Origin: Acidobacteriota bacterium
GTDB lineage: Bacteria > Acidobacteriota > Thermoanaerobaculia > Multivoradales > UBA5704
Direction: 5' to 3'
DNA length: 64,000 bases
Assembly: GCA_040005235.1 (NCBI GenBank)
Contig: JBDTZG010000028.1
Span: forward strand, 1 to 64,000
The notes beneath the pieces are model-generated. The model saw only the letters and a program-made list of their open reading frames with translations. It had not been told where the DNA came from and made no database searches. Each line of letters starts with the position of its first letter. Positions within the stretch are counted from its first letter, which is position 1. The translations under genes and the position numbers were made by a program. Positions 1-10,481 of the stretch are shown here, one piece after another.

Positions 1-823
1 CGGCGCAGAGTGCTTCGGAATCGGCGATCCGACGCACCGCCAGGCGCGATAGATAGCGTGCGGCGAGCCGTGCTGCGGGTCCGCCTCCTGACGGTTCCCA
101 GAGCTCGAAGCGCGGATAAAGGTCGCGCAGGAAGGCCAGGAGACCTCGGACCGTGTCGCGCGGGGCGATCAAATCGGGATGAATCTCGACGAACAGCGCC
201 GGCTTTGCCTCGCGAAGCAGCCTGGCCGCGCCGCGCAGGACCGGACCCTCGAAGCCTTCGACGTCGATTTTGAGCAGGCCGAGCGGCGGCTCGATCAGGT
301 CGTCCAGCCGCCGGAGCGGCACCTCGATCTCTCCGGATTCGGTGACCACGCCGTTGAGTCCGGGCGCGAGCCGCGCGAACCCGTGAACGTCGCCAGCTGC
401 CACCGGGTGGATTCGAACGCACCCTTCGAGACGGTTTTCGCGCACGTTCAAGGCGAGGGTTTCGAGGTTGCCCGGTTCGGGCTCGAAGCAGTCGATCCGA
501 CCCGCCGGGCCGACGGCGCGGGCGAATAAGAGCATGTAGTAGCCGAGGTTCGCACCGACATCTGCGACGTGCATCCCCGGTCGGAGCAAGGCGGCGAGCA
601 GATGGCGCTCCGCGATCATCCGCTCCCCTTCGAGCCAGATCAGCCGCTCGGTGCTTGAGCGGCCGACATCGACGACCAACGCGCCGCCCGCGAAAGGGCG
701 GGCGAGCCGGGTTCCGGCAGAGGTTCCGGCGAACAGCGCCTCGGAGTAGGGCAGCGTGCGCAGGCGCCAAACGGCGGAGCGAAGGCGCGCCCAGCGAAGA
801 CGGAGAGGAGAGGGAAGGGGCAT
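1..823 (-). CDS. FkbM-family SAM methyltransferase (3' end runs off the window)
   Basis: Manually translated from ATG at 823: ...VADVGANLGYY...DCFEPEPGN...LLKIDVEGFEGPVLRGA...FVEIHP. Open to position 1; absent from the ORF track because no stop lies in the window. Confidence 0.85.
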   Translation of the reverse strand, partial: MPLPSPLRLRWARLRSAVWRLRTLPYSEALFAGTSAGTRLARPFAGGALVVDVGRSSTERLIWLEGERMIAERHLLAALLRPGMHVADVGANLGYYMLLFARAVGPAGRIDCFEPEPGNLETLALNVRENRLEGCVRIHPVAAGDVHGFARLAPGLNGVVTESGEIEVPLRRLDDLIEPPLGLLKIDVEGFEGPVLRGAARLLREAKPALFVEIHPDLIAPRDTVRGLLAFLRDLYPRFELWEPSGGGPAARLAARYLSRLAVRRIADSEALCA

Positions 824-854
824 GGGGAATCGGGCTCGCGAACCCTATTGTGAC

Positions 855-1928
855 TCAAGCCGGCGAGGCCCCGGCGGCCTGGTAGGCCGCGAGGCAACGC
901 TCAGCGACCCGGCGCCAGGTGAACCGCTCCTCGACCGTGCGGCGGGCGGTGGCAGACATCCGGACCCAGAGAGCCGGGTCGTCGCGCAGAATGGCGATCG
1001 CGGCGGCGATTGCCGAGGGGTCGTTCGGCGGCACGAGGAGCCCGGATGCCCCGTCGTCTACGATCTCAGGCAGCGAAGCCGCGCGGCTCGCGATCACCGG
1101 TGTACCGCAGGCCATCGCCTCAACCAGAGCGAGACCGAACAGCTCATGGGCGCCGGCCGAGCCGTCTGGACCGACTGGGGTCGGGTGGACCAACGCCATC
1201 GCGCGGCCGAGCCGTTCGATCACCTCGGCGTCGGAGAGGCCCTGGAGAAAGGCGACCTCCTTGCCGGCGGCTAGGCTGCGCAGCCGGTTGAGATACTCCG
1301 CGTCGGCCACGCTTCCGATCACCTTGAGGGGTACGCCTTCGGGCAGCCCTTCGATCAGAAAATGGATGCCCTTGTGCGGCAGGATGCGGCCCAGGAAGAC
1401 GACCGAACCGTCGTGTTCCGCCCGGCCGCGAGCCGGATAACGGTCGAGATCGACACCGCCGTACAACACCCGAGAGGCAGCCGTGGAATCCCCAGCCGCC
1501 GCATAGGCGGAGATCGGCAGCTCGGCGGCGATCCAGTGACCGATGTCGATCTGATAGCCGGGAGTCCAGCCGCCGCCGCCGAGATCGGAGACGAACACCG
1601 GCAGGCCGCGCCGGTGCCCCCAGCGGGCAGCCAGGAAGGTCGGCAGTACGTTTTTCTGAAAGCAGTGAATGGCGTCGGCACCGCGCAGCTCACGACCGAG
1701 CCACGGGGAGAATGGGGTCATCGGATCGCGCGTCCAGCTCCTGAGGATCGACCTTTCGAGGCCCGGTTCGGGTCGCTCGCGGAGCGCCCGGCTGCCGAAA
1801 CTAATGAATCGGACCTCTGCCTCGCCGCTCCGTGCGAGCGCCCGCGTGACCTCCTCGGCGTAGCGTTCGCCGCCGCCGAGCACCGATTCGGGGGCGAAAT
1901 AGGTCGGGCTCACGCAGCAGATCCTCAA
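855..1928 (-). CDS. Glycosyltransferase family 4
   Basis: GGGERY near the N-terminus, FLGRILPHKG and ELFGLALVEAMACGTPVI. Start taken at the TTG overlapping the upstream stop (TTGA); the longer 527-aa ORF start is judged spurious. Confidence 0.88.
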   Translation of the reverse strand: MRICCVSPTYFAPESVLGGGERYAEEVTRALARSGEAEVRFISFGSRALRERPEPGLERSILRSWTRDPMTPFSPWLGRELRGADAIHCFQKNVLPTFLAARWGHRRGLPVFVSDLGGGGWTPGYQIDIGHWIAAELPISAYAAAGDSTAASRVLYGGVDLDRYPARGRAEHDGSVVFLGRILPHKGIHFLIEGLPEGVPLKVIGSVADAEYLNRLRSLAAGKEVAFLQGLSDAEVIERLGRAMALVHPTPVGPDGSAGAHELFGLALVEAMACGTPVIASRAASLPEIVDDGASGLLVPPNDPSAIAAAIAILRDDPALWVRMSATARRTVEERFTWRRVAERCLAAYQAAGASPA

Positions 1929-2479
1929 GCGGGGCTCGCGCTCGATTCCATCTTGGCCAGCTCGAAGACCAGGAACCAAGCCGGAACGATCCATGCGAAG
2001 CGCCGTTCGTAGGCTTCCGGATGCCGGTTGGCCCAACGCGAGAATCGGCCGATCAGGCGCCCGGAGGGGAAAACCATCAGGCGGCTGACGATCTCGAAGC
2101 GGGCTTCGGAGTAGAAGTTCCAGCCCGACCGGTCGGTGAAGTAGTCGAACGAGAAGTAGCCGAGATGGTGGCGGTGGGTCGGATCGGTGAACGAGTTGGC
2201 GCACGAGAAATGGGGCGTGGTGATTTCGAGCACCCCGCCCGGCGCGAGCAGCCGGTGCGCCTCCTCGACGAACGCGACCAGGTCGCCCAGGTGCTCGACC
2301 ACGTCGAAGGCATAGATCCGCTCGAAATGGCCCGCTGGAAGCGGGTAGGGCGGGCGGTCGAGATCCCAGACCAGGTCGGGTGCGACGCTTGCCACGCGAT
2401 CGACGTTCCACGCCTCCGGAATTTTGCGCCGTCCGCATCCGAGGTTGAGCCGCTTGGGAAGATCGCTCATCGTCGCCAT
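1925..2479 (-). CDS. Class I SAM-dependent methyltransferase domain protein
   Basis: LNLGCG motif I, VVEHL, RLLAPGG and DPTH, typical of glycan-cluster methyltransferases. Confidence 0.85.
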   Translation of the reverse strand: MATMSDLPKRLNLGCGRRKIPEAWNVDRVASVAPDLVWDLDRPPYPLPAGHFERIYAFDVVEHLGDLVAFVEEAHRLLAPGGVLEITTPHFSCANSFTDPTHRHHLGYFSFDYFTDRSGWNFYSEARFEIVSRLMVFPSGRLIGRFSRWANRHPEAYERRFAWIVPAWFLVFELAKMESSASPA

Positions 2480-2525
2480 CGTACCGATTCTGGGCTCACT
2501 ATCGAAGGCGGCCCGCCCTTGGCCC

Positions 2526-3803
2526 TCAATGCCACGAAGCCCACGCGGGCCTCCGGATTCCCACGACGAAGATCGCGAGCTGGAACACGATCCCGGCGGT
2601 GGCGCCGCCGACTTGAAACCAGATCACTCCGGCTGTGGTCGAAAGGTGAAGAGTTGCGACCAGCGCGGCTTGCACCGAGACCTCACCCGCAAGCGCCGCG
2701 GCTTGCAGGCGCGTCCAGCCGCGGGAGAGGTTGACGTTCGCGACGAATGCACCGAGCACGGAGAGCCCGGCGCCCGCAATCAACAGCAGCAGCTCGTGCC
2801 GAAGCCCCCGGTAGTGGGGGCCGAGGACCGCAAGGAAGAGGTTCGGCAGGAGTGCGGCCGAGAGCCATAAGCTCCCCGCCAGGGCCGCGAGCAGCGCGCC
2901 ATAGCGGAGAAAGCTCGCGACGAAGCTGCGCGGATCGGCGATCCCCGCCAAGCGCGGCACGAGGATCGCGCCCGAGAGGCCGGAGAGCAGTCCGACGATC
3001 ATGGCAAGGCGGCCCAGCGCACCGACCTCGGCGATGCTCCGCGTGTTGCCGAAGGTCGCGGCGAGCCAAATCACCAGAGGGCCTTGGACGGCGAAGTAGA
3101 GCGCGCTCGGAAGAGTCGGCAACAGGTAACGGCCGACCGCTCTCTTCGCCAGCTTCCGGCCGGCCGGCTCGCCGCGTTCCGGATGGGCGGCGGATGAATC
3201 GGCGAGCGCGAGCACCAGGATCGCCGCGAGGGCGCCCACCGCGAGCGCGGCGAGCGAGGAGAGGCGGGCGAGGACCACCAAGAGCCCGATTACCCCCAGG
3301 CGCAGAAGTCCGCCGCCCAGCTCAGCACGGTAAGCCGCGCCGTAGCGAGCCGCAAGGCGCAGCAGGACCAGCCGGATCGATGAGCCGATCTGGCACCAGA
3401 CGGTGACCAGGACGATTCCCGCCGCTGCGAGCGACTCGGCGCGGCCGAATCCGCGTGCCGCGCCGACGAACGGGGCCGCGACCAGGAAGGCGACCGATCC
3501 GACGGCGAAGGCGGTCCGGCGCAGTTCGAGCACCGCGCCGACGTAGTCGGCGAACCGCTCGCCGCGCGATTCGGCACCGCGGTAGAAGTGGAGTAGCGAA
3601 GAGGTGCTTCCGAGGTCGGAAGCGATGGCGAGCAGAGCGGTGACCGAAGAGGCGAGGGTGTAGAGCGCGAAATCGCCCACGGTCAGATGCCGAACCACCA
3701 GGATGCCGGCGAGGACCCCGGCGAGCTGGGTCAGGCTCTGCGCGGTGAAATAAGCGCCGAGCAAGCCGATCCAACGCTTAACCCGCGACGGCCCTTCTGT
3801 CAT
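2526..3803 (-). CDS. Wzx-like oligosaccharide flippase / polysaccharide biosynthesis protein
   Basis: About 12 hydrophobic segments, N-terminal VRHLTVGDFALY...DLG pattern, glycan-cluster context. Confidence 0.75.
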   Translation of the reverse strand: MTEGPSRVKRWIGLLGAYFTAQSLTQLAGVLAGILVVRHLTVGDFALYTLASSVTALLAIASDLGSTSSLLHFYRGAESRGERFADYVGAVLELRRTAFAVGSVAFLVAAPFVGAARGFGRAESLAAAGIVLVTVWCQIGSSIRLVLLRLAARYGAAYRAELGGGLLRLGVIGLLVVLARLSSLAALAVGALAAILVLALADSSAAHPERGEPAGRKLAKRAVGRYLLPTLPSALYFAVQGPLVIWLAATFGNTRSIAEVGALGRLAMIVGLLSGLSGAILVPRLAGIADPRSFVASFLRYGALLAALAGSLWLSAALLPNLFLAVLGPHYRGLRHELLLLIAGAGLSVLGAFVANVNLSRGWTRLQAAALAGEVSVQAALVATLHLSTTAGVIWFQVGGATAGIVFQLAIFVVGIRRPAWASWH

Positions 3804-3841
3804 CGCGGGCTCCAGACGGCTTCTCGACTAGAATTCGACTC

Positions 3842-4579
3842 ATGTATGAACCAAACGTCGCTGCGCTGCTGGCGAGACTGCAGCCGGACGACCTGGTGCT
3901 CGACATCGGCGGTTGGGCCTGTCCGTTCAACCGGGCGCAGTGGGTGCTCGACGCCGAGCCCTACGAGACGCGGGGGTTTTACCGCACCTTTGGCGGCAAT
4001 GCGTACCAAGGGGGAGAGAAGGAGTGGTTTTCCGCCGACACCTGGGTCCGCCACGACATCTGCGGCCGGGCTCCGTTCCCTTTTCCCGACAAGCATTTCG
4101 ACTTCGTGATCTGTTCGCACACCTTGGAGGACATTCGAGATCCGATCGGGGTGTGCGCCGAGATCGTGCGGGTCGGAAAGCGCGGCTATATCGAGGTGCC
4201 GTCGCGCGCCTTTGAATCGACCCATGGCATGGAACAGCCGAACCTCACCGGCCTGTCGCATCACCGTTGGCTGATCGAGATCGGCGAGAAGCGGATCGAC
4301 TTCCTCCAGAAGTATGGATTGATCCACGACTGGCGCTACAGCCTGCCCCGCTCTTATCGAAAGCGGTTGAGCGAGGAGGGGGCGGTGCAGTGGCTCTGGT
4401 GGGAGGGCGACTTCGCATTCCGCGAGGTGGGCCTCCACGGCATGGCCGAGGTCGAGGCCGAGCTCTCGCGGTATGTCCGTGCGACCTGTCCTCATCCGGC
4501 CTGGAAGCTCGCATTGGACCACCAGCGCCGCCGGGCGTCGCATCTCGCCCGCCGCGTGCGGGCCGTTGCCGGCTCGTAG
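3842..4579 (+). CDS. Class I SAM-dependent methyltransferase domain protein
   Basis: VLDIGG, FPFPDKHFDFVICSHTLED, GYIEVPS. Confidence 0.8.
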   Translation: MYEPNVAALLARLQPDDLVLDIGGWACPFNRAQWVLDAEPYETRGFYRTFGGNAYQGGEKEWFSADTWVRHDICGRAPFPFPDKHFDFVICSHTLEDIRDPIGVCAEIVRVGKRGYIEVPSRAFESTHGMEQPNLTGLSHHRWLIEIGEKRIDFLQKYGLIHDWRYSLPRSYRKRLSEEGAVQWLWWEGDFAFREVGLHGMAEVEAELSRYVRATCPHPAWKLALDHQRRRASHLARRVRAVAGS

Positions 4580-4620
4580 AGCGACCGGCCGGTCGCCGCT
4601 CGATCCCGGTACGGCCGGAC

Positions 4621-6432
4621 TCAAACCCCGACCTCGACGCCGAACCCTGCGAGCACGCGCAAAGCCAATCGGCGCGACTGCTCGCCGTGGTTGCGAGCGC
4701 CGCGAGCCAAGTCCGTCCGCTCGGGTTCCAGCCATTCCATCACCGGGATATAGAAGCCCGATTTCGCCCGGTCGAACAGGGCGGCTGGCAGCTCAGGGGC
4801 GACGCTCCGCACCAGAGCGCCCTTGCCGCGGCTCTTGGCGGGTTCGAACCCGCGGGCGCCGAAGCCGGACTCCAGGACCGGATCGACCAGCGGCACGCGC
4901 AGCTCCAACGAGTGCGCCATCGAGGCCCAGTCCGAGTCTCGAAGCAGCTGGTTGCGCATGTAGAGCCGCGTCTCCAGGCGGTGGACGGCGGTCCAGCTGT
5001 TCGAGCGGGCGGGCTTCCAGTCCGCCAGGGCCCGCTTGGCATCCGCCGCCGGATCGTAGGCGGCGAGCGCCTCGGCGGCGGTTTGCCGTCCGAGGATTGT
5101 GGGAAGGTCTTCCGCCAAGAACAGCCCGCGAAAAAGCGCATACGCCCCGGCGAGCCCGGGACCGGTCCGGCCGAGCGCCGCGAGCTTCGGCTGGCCGCGC
5201 CGTAGGGCGAGCGCCGCGGTCAGCTCGCGTGGGGCGAGGCGGGCGAAAGGTGCTGCAAGGGCAAGCCGCGGTACCTGGCGGAAGCTGGGGTAGCTGCCGA
5301 ACAGCTCGTCGCCGCCCAAGCCGGAGAGGGCGACTTTAATCCCCGCCTCGCGGGCGGCGCGGGCGACCACGAAGGTGTTGAACCCGTCGATCGACGGCTG
5401 GTCCATCGCGGCGAGCGCCGCCTCCCAAAGGTCGAGAAAGTTCTCGCGGTCGATCCGGGCGATCGCGTGCGGCAGGCCGAGGGTGCGGGCGACCTCCGCG
5501 GCGAGCGGCACCTCGTCGAGCGGCGTGCCTGCCAGGCGATCGAACGAAACGGTGAACGCACGCGGTGGTGGAACACCGGAGGCTTTCGCCTCGCGGGCCG
5601 CGAGCGCCGCGATCAGCCCGGAATCGAGTCCGGCGGAGAGGAACACGGCGACCGGCACGTCCGAGACCAGATGAGCCCGCACGGCGTCGGCGAGCAGATC
5701 GGCCGGCGCCCTCGGCACATCCGGTGGGGGAACCTCCGCCGACTCGGCGCTCGGAAAATAAGCGACCGGCGCGCCGGGATCGCCGTCCCGGGCGATCTGA
5801 TAACTCCCGGCGGGAAGCGCCTTCACCCCGCGGCGGATCGTCCAGGGTTCCGGCACGGAGCCCCAGAGCAGGAAGCCCGCGACGGCGGCCGGCTCGACGG
5901 CGAGCGAGATTCCGCCGCCCGCTTCGAGCGCTTTCACCTGCGAGGCGAAGCGGAGCGTGCCCCCTTCGGTCGAAAGATAGAGCGGCTTGATCCCAAACGG
6001 GTCGCGGGCCAGCAACAGCTCACCGGTCGCCCCGTCCCAGAGCGCCAGGGCGAACATGCCGCGGAGTCTCGGCAACATCCGCTCGCGATCCCGGCGCCAG
6101 AGCGTGAGGATCACCTCAGTGTCGCTTTCCGAACGAAAGCGAACGCCGTCGCGTTCCAGTTCGGCGCGCAACTGCCGGAAGTTATAGATCTCGCCGTTCA
6201 GGATCAGTTGGCAGCGCCCGTCCGCCGAAGCCATCGGCTGGGCGCCCGCCGCCGAAAGATCGAGGATCGCAAGCCGGCGGTGCCCGAGGGCGACCCGGCC
6301 GTCGGGGGAAATCCAGCGCCCCTCGCCGTCCGGCCCGCGCCGGGCGAGCGCGGCGGATGTGCGATCGAGCTCATCCGGATCGAGCGCCGGAGCGTGGGAC
6401 GCGAAACGGAACAAGCCGTGGAGACCGCACAT
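4621..6432 (-). CDS. asnB: Asparagine synthase (glutamine-hydrolysing)-family amidotransferase
   Basis: MCG N-terminus, RGPD, HRRLAILDL, NGEIYN, LSAGLDS, LSGLGGDELF, SLELRVP. In this context likely a glycan amidotransferase (inference). Confidence 0.92.
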   Translation of the reverse strand: MCGLHGLFRFASHAPALDPDELDRTSAALARRGPDGEGRWISPDGRVALGHRRLAILDLSAAGAQPMASADGRCQLILNGEIYNFRQLRAELERDGVRFRSESDTEVILTLWRRDRERMLPRLRGMFALALWDGATGELLLARDPFGIKPLYLSTEGGTLRFASQVKALEAGGGISLAVEPAAVAGFLLWGSVPEPWTIRRGVKALPAGSYQIARDGDPGAPVAYFPSAESAEVPPPDVPRAPADLLADAVRAHLVSDVPVAVFLSAGLDSGLIAALAAREAKASGVPPPRAFTVSFDRLAGTPLDEVPLAAEVARTLGLPHAIARIDRENFLDLWEAALAAMDQPSIDGFNTFVVARAAREAGIKVALSGLGGDELFGSYPSFRQVPRLALAAPFARLAPRELTAALALRRGQPKLAALGRTGPGLAGAYALFRGLFLAEDLPTILGRQTAAEALAAYDPAADAKRALADWKPARSNSWTAVHRLETRLYMRNQLLRDSDWASMAHSLELRVPLVDPVLESGFGARGFEPAKSRGKGALVRSVAPELPAALFDRAKSGFYIPVMEWLEPERTDLARGARNHGEQSRRLALRVLAGFGVEVGV

Positions 6433-6461
6433 CGTTCAGCTTTTCCGCCGGCTCGATCCGG

Positions 6462-7301
6462 TCAATGGGCCAGCTCGGGATCGCGCCGCGCGGCGAAGAT
6501 GTAGCCTACGGTCATCAGCCGGGTCTCAAGGCCCACCGCCCGCAACGCACGCCGCGCCAGGCGCTGCGGCAGGCGGGGCGAAAGGCCTTCGCTCGGCACC
6601 GCTTCGTCGATGACGAACCCGCCGCAGCGGAGGAGATATTCAAGCTCGGCCCGGGTGTAGGCGATCTCGGTCGTTCCGGTCGCCCGGGAGATCGCGATGC
6701 CCTGGTTGCGCCGGCCGGCGATCTCGCGGGGGAGAGCGGGAGTTTCGAGGACGAATAGCGTCCCGGTCGGCTTGAGCATCCGGAACGCCTCGCGGAGCAC
6801 TCGGATCGGCGCCAGGGCGTGGTGGATCGCCGCGATCAGGAACATCGCGTCGTAGGTCGCATCGGGGCGGGGTACCCGTTCGAAGGTGCTCGCGAGTAGG
6901 CGGACCTTCTCCCGCTCACCGTCGCAGACCGCGAGCATCCGGCTGCCGGTCCCGGCGAGAAACGAGGGGGCCAAGTCGATCGCCGTCACCTCTTCGACCG
7001 CCGGTACGCGCGACAGGCGGGCGGTCGCCCAGCAGGTCCCGGCGCCTAGATCCAGAACCCTACCGTGGACTCTCGGTCCGAGACGGGGATGGGCGAGCAA
7101 CTGTTCGAGCTGCGGCATGCTCCCCGGCTCGTAGGCCGCGATCACGTTCAGCCAGGGCTCGGCGTGCGGCCCTGGAACCGCTGCCGCCGCGCGATCCGCC
7201 GAGCCGTCCTCGTACTGCAGGTACTCGGGATACTCGGGGTCGCGCGGCGTCGGGACGGTGCCGATCTCGACTTCGAGCGCTCCGGTCTGCGGTGGGGTCA
7301 T
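6462..7301 (-). CDS. Class I SAM-dependent methyltransferase
   Basis: VLDLGAGTCW, AIHH, RMLKPTG. Confidence 0.82.
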   Translation of the reverse strand: MTPPQTGALEVEIGTVPTPRDPEYPEYLQYEDGSADRAAAAVPGPHAEPWLNVIAAYEPGSMPQLEQLLAHPRLGPRVHGRVLDLGAGTCWATARLSRVPAVEEVTAIDLAPSFLAGTGSRMLAVCDGEREKVRLLASTFERVPRPDATYDAMFLIAAIHHALAPIRVLREAFRMLKPTGTLFVLETPALPREIAGRRNQGIAISRATGTTEIAYTRAELEYLLRCGGFVIDEAVPSEGLSPRLPQRLARRALRAVGLETRLMTVGYIFAARRDPELAH

Positions 7302-7337
7302 GGTTCGTTTCTCCAGAACGGGATTCTCGGGGCTGCC

Positions 7338-8498
7338 TTAGGGGCGCGGTCCCGCCAACCGATCGAGATGTCCGGCCAGCCGGTCCCGAAACCGGGCATA
7401 TCTGAATTCCCGTTCCCAGCGGATCTTACCGGCTGCGCCCATCCTGCGGCCGATCTCGGGTGACCCCAGCAACTGCGCGAGCGCCGCGGCCAGCTCTTGA
7501 ACGTCCGAGGGATCGACCAACCGGCCGGTTTCGCCGTCTTCCACCACCTCTGCGGCGGCGGTTCCGCGCACCGCGAGGCAGGGCCGGCCGGAGCGCATCG
7601 CCTCCAGGTAAACCAGCCCGAACCCCTCGCCCCGGCTGGGCATCGCGAGCAGCGCCGCCCGCTCGTAGAGCACGGCGAGGGTCGCCTCGGAGACGAAGCC
7701 GGTGAAGAACACCCGGTCGGCGACCCCAAGTGCGGCGGCTTTCGCTTCGAGCCGCGCCCGGTCGTCGCCCCCGCCCGCAATCACCAGGCGCGCATCGGCC
7801 ACCTCGCGCGAGACCGCGGGGAGCGCTTCGAGCAATTCGTCGTGCCCCTTGTAGCGTTCGCTCGCCGCCATCCGGCCGACGATCAGGGCGAACCCTTCGC
7901 CCGCCCGCTCGACCCGGGAAAGGTCGACTCCCCCCTCCGGCGTTCGCTCTTCGAGCGCGAGCGGCAGGATCTCGGCGTTCAACCCCGGATGGATCTCGCG
8001 CGCCCGGGCCAGGGTGTAGGCCGAGATCGAAAGCCGGAGCGCCGCGCCGGCAAGCGCCCGCTGCCGCGCCGGTTCGAGCGGGCGCCAGACCTCGATGCCA
8101 TAGAGCATGACCAGGTAGGGCGTGCGGAGCGGAGCGGGGAGCAGCGCCTGGGTGCGGGCGAGGCCGAGCAAGTCGAACAGCAGCGCCGGGCGGCGAGCGG
8201 AGAGCTCGGCGCCCCAGGTGGCCGCGGCGAGCCGGCCGAAGCTCCGCCCGAAGAATCGCTTCCGCCCCGGCAGGCCATTCGGAAAGGTCGCGTTCAGAGC
8301 GTCGTCCAGCGCGGAGCCGGGAGAGCCGAGGGCCAGAAAATCAGCGCTCACCCCGCGCGCGAGCGCCCATTCCGCCGCGGCACGCGCGATTAGCCGGCCG
8401 GCGAGCGCGCGGCCGCCGCCGTCGAGCTCGATCCCGGCGGAGACGAGCGTCAGGTCGCGCCGTCGGCCGGGCGGGAAGGGGGAGGGGCTCTCGGGCAT
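7338..8498 (-). CDS. Glycosyltransferase family 4
   Basis: VGRM...YKGHD and EGFGLVYLEAM; start at MPESP chosen to avoid overlap with cls. Confidence 0.88.
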   Translation of the reverse strand: MPESPSPFPPGRRRDLTLVSAGIELDGGGRALAGRLIARAAAEWALARGVSADFLALGSPGSALDDALNATFPNGLPGRKRFFGRSFGRLAAATWGAELSARRPALLFDLLGLARTQALLPAPLRTPYLVMLYGIEVWRPLEPARQRALAGAALRLSISAYTLARAREIHPGLNAEILPLALEERTPEGGVDLSRVERAGEGFALIVGRMAASERYKGHDELLEALPAVSREVADARLVIAGGGDDRARLEAKAAALGVADRVFFTGFVSEATLAVLYERAALLAMPSRGEGFGLVYLEAMRSGRPCLAVRGTAAAEVVEDGETGRLVDPSDVQELAAALAQLLGSPEIGRRMGAAGKIRWEREFRYARFRDRLAGHLDRLAGPRP

Positions 8499-8560
8499 TC
8501 TCGGGGGAGGCTGGATCGATCCGGTGGAATCCTCGCAGATGGCGCCGGTTCGGGGAAGCC

Positions 8561-9991
8561 GTGCAATCATTCGGGTCTATGTCCTCGCATTGGATTCTCG
8601 CGGTCATGGAGATTCTTTGGGTGTTCGGCATCGGGCTCTGGATCGTGCTCGAAAAGCGGAGCCCGGTCTCAACACTCGCCTGGGTCTTCGGTATGGCGTT
8701 TCTGCCCATTATCGGTTTCGTGGTCTATCTTTTGCTCGGCCCTCGCCGCATCGAGCGCAAGCGGAAGAAATACCTGACCGCGCGCGCCCTGCGCGGAGAT
8801 GAGGCCGCGCTACGCCACCTGCCGGCGGTCTCGTCGGACGTCATCCGTCAGGTGCGCCTGGCGGCGGCTTCCAGCGCGCCGCTTCACGTCGCGAACGAGC
8901 TTCAGATTTTCCAGGACGGTCCCCAGCTGTTCGCCGCGATGGACCAGGCGATCGCAGCCGCGCGCCACCACGTCCACCTGGAGTACTACATCTGGGAACC
9001 CGATAACCTGGGCCGCGAGCTTCGCGATCGGTTGATCGAGCGCGCCCGGGCGGGGATCGAGGTCCGGCTGCTGGTCGATGCGCTCGGTTCGCCGCGCGCG
9101 GATCGGAAGTTTTTCGAGGAGCTGACCAAGGCCGGCGGCGAGGTCGCGTTCTTCAACCCGCCCCGCTTCTACCTGCCGAGCTTCCGCTTCCTCAATTTCC
9201 GCACCCACCGGAAAATCGTGGTCGTCGACGGCGCGGTCGCCTTTTCGGGCGGCATGAACGTCTCGGTCACCCACACCTCCGGGTCGTCCGGAGAGGTCGC
9301 CTGGCGCGACACCCACCTGCGGCTCGCCGGTCCGGCGGTCTGGGGGCTGCAGATGGCGTTCCTCGACGACTGGCAGTTCGCGGCCCACTGCTCGCCGCAG
9401 GGCGCGGCCTACTTTCCGTGCCTCGCGGTGGGGGAGGGACCGAACACCTACGTTCAGGTGGTGGCCTCCGGCCCCGACCGCTCGACCTACCCGATCCACG
9501 AGCTGGTGGTCTCTGCGATCTCGGCGGCGGATGAGCGGGTGTGGATCGTCTCCCCCTACCTGGTCCCCGATGAGGCACTGCTAACCGCGCTCAAAACCGC
9601 CGGCCATCGCGGCGTGGATGTCCAAATCCTCGTGCCGTGCCACGGCGACAGCGGCCTGGTCACCGCCGCCATGCGCTCGTTCTTCGACGAGATGCTCGAA
9701 AGCGGCGTCAAACTCTTTGAGTACCTGCCCGGCATGCACCACGCGAAGACCCTGATCGTCGATGACGAGCTGGCGATCGTCGGCACCGCCAACCTCGACA
9801 ACCGGAGCTTCCGGCTGAACTTCGAGGTCGTGGTGGCGATCCACGGCGGCGTTCGAACGGAGGAGCTGGCGCTCTCGTTCGAAAACGACCTCAAGAAGGC
9901 CCGCCCGATCACCGCGGAGAGCCGGTCGGCCCTGCCGTTCCCGCGGCGTCTCGCCGAGGCGAGCGCCCGGCTGTTCGCGCCGGTTCTCTGA
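8561..9991 (+). CDS. cls: Cardiolipin synthase (PLD family)
   Basis: Two N-terminal TM helices and two HKD motifs (HRKIVVVD, HAKTLIVD). True start may be ATG 8579. Confidence 0.92.
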   Translation: MQSFGSMSSHWILAVMEILWVFGIGLWIVLEKRSPVSTLAWVFGMAFLPIIGFVVYLLLGPRRIERKRKKYLTARALRGDEAALRHLPAVSSDVIRQVRLAAASSAPLHVANELQIFQDGPQLFAAMDQAIAAARHHVHLEYYIWEPDNLGRELRDRLIERARAGIEVRLLVDALGSPRADRKFFEELTKAGGEVAFFNPPRFYLPSFRFLNFRTHRKIVVVDGAVAFSGGMNVSVTHTSGSSGEVAWRDTHLRLAGPAVWGLQMAFLDDWQFAAHCSPQGAAYFPCLAVGEGPNTYVQVVASGPDRSTYPIHELVVSAISAADERVWIVSPYLVPDEALLTALKTAGHRGVDVQILVPCHGDSGLVTAAMRSFFDEMLESGVKLFEYLPGMHHAKTLIVDDELAIVGTANLDNRSFRLNFEVVVAIHGGVRTEELALSFENDLKKARPITAESRSALPFPRRLAEASARLFAPVL

Positions 9992-10085
9992 GGGAAGCGT
10001 TTCCTCACCGATTCCTCACCGAGATTTCGCCCCTGGCGCCCGAGTGGGGAGTTAGGCTTGCCGCCAACCAACAAGGAGCCGCTCG

Positions 10086-10472
10086 ATGACCCCACCGATT
10101 CACATCACCGCCGTGGGCCAGATCGCCTGGTCGGTCAAGAATCTGGACGCCGCCACCGCGTTCTACCGCGACGTGGTCGGCCTCAAGTTTCTCTTTAGAG
10201 CGCCCCCTGGCCTGTCGTTCTTCGACTGCGGCGGCGTGCGCCTGATGCTTTCGGCCGAAGAGTCGAGCGGCGCCGCGGCGGGCGACACGTTTCTCTATTT
10301 TTCCACCGGCGACATCGAAGGGGCGACCGCGGCGCTCGAAGCGGGAGGGGCGGCGATCGTCCAAAAGCCGCACGCGGTGGCGGACCTGGGCGACCGGGTT
10401 CTCTGGCTCGCCGTCTTCCATGACTCCGAGGGGCGGGTGCAGCACCTGATGAGCGAGGTGCCGAAAGGGTAG
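10086..10472 (+). CDS. VOC / glyoxalase family protein
   Basis: VGQIAWSV...AFYRDVVGL...FHDSEG; AAGGAG RBS upstream. Confidence 0.88.
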   Translation: MTPPIHITAVGQIAWSVKNLDAATAFYRDVVGLKFLFRAPPGLSFFDCGGVRLMLSAEESSGAAAGDTFLYFSTGDIEGATAALEAGGAAIVQKPHAVADLGDRVLWLAVFHDSEGRVQHLMSEVPKG

Positions 10473-10481
10473 GACCTGGCG

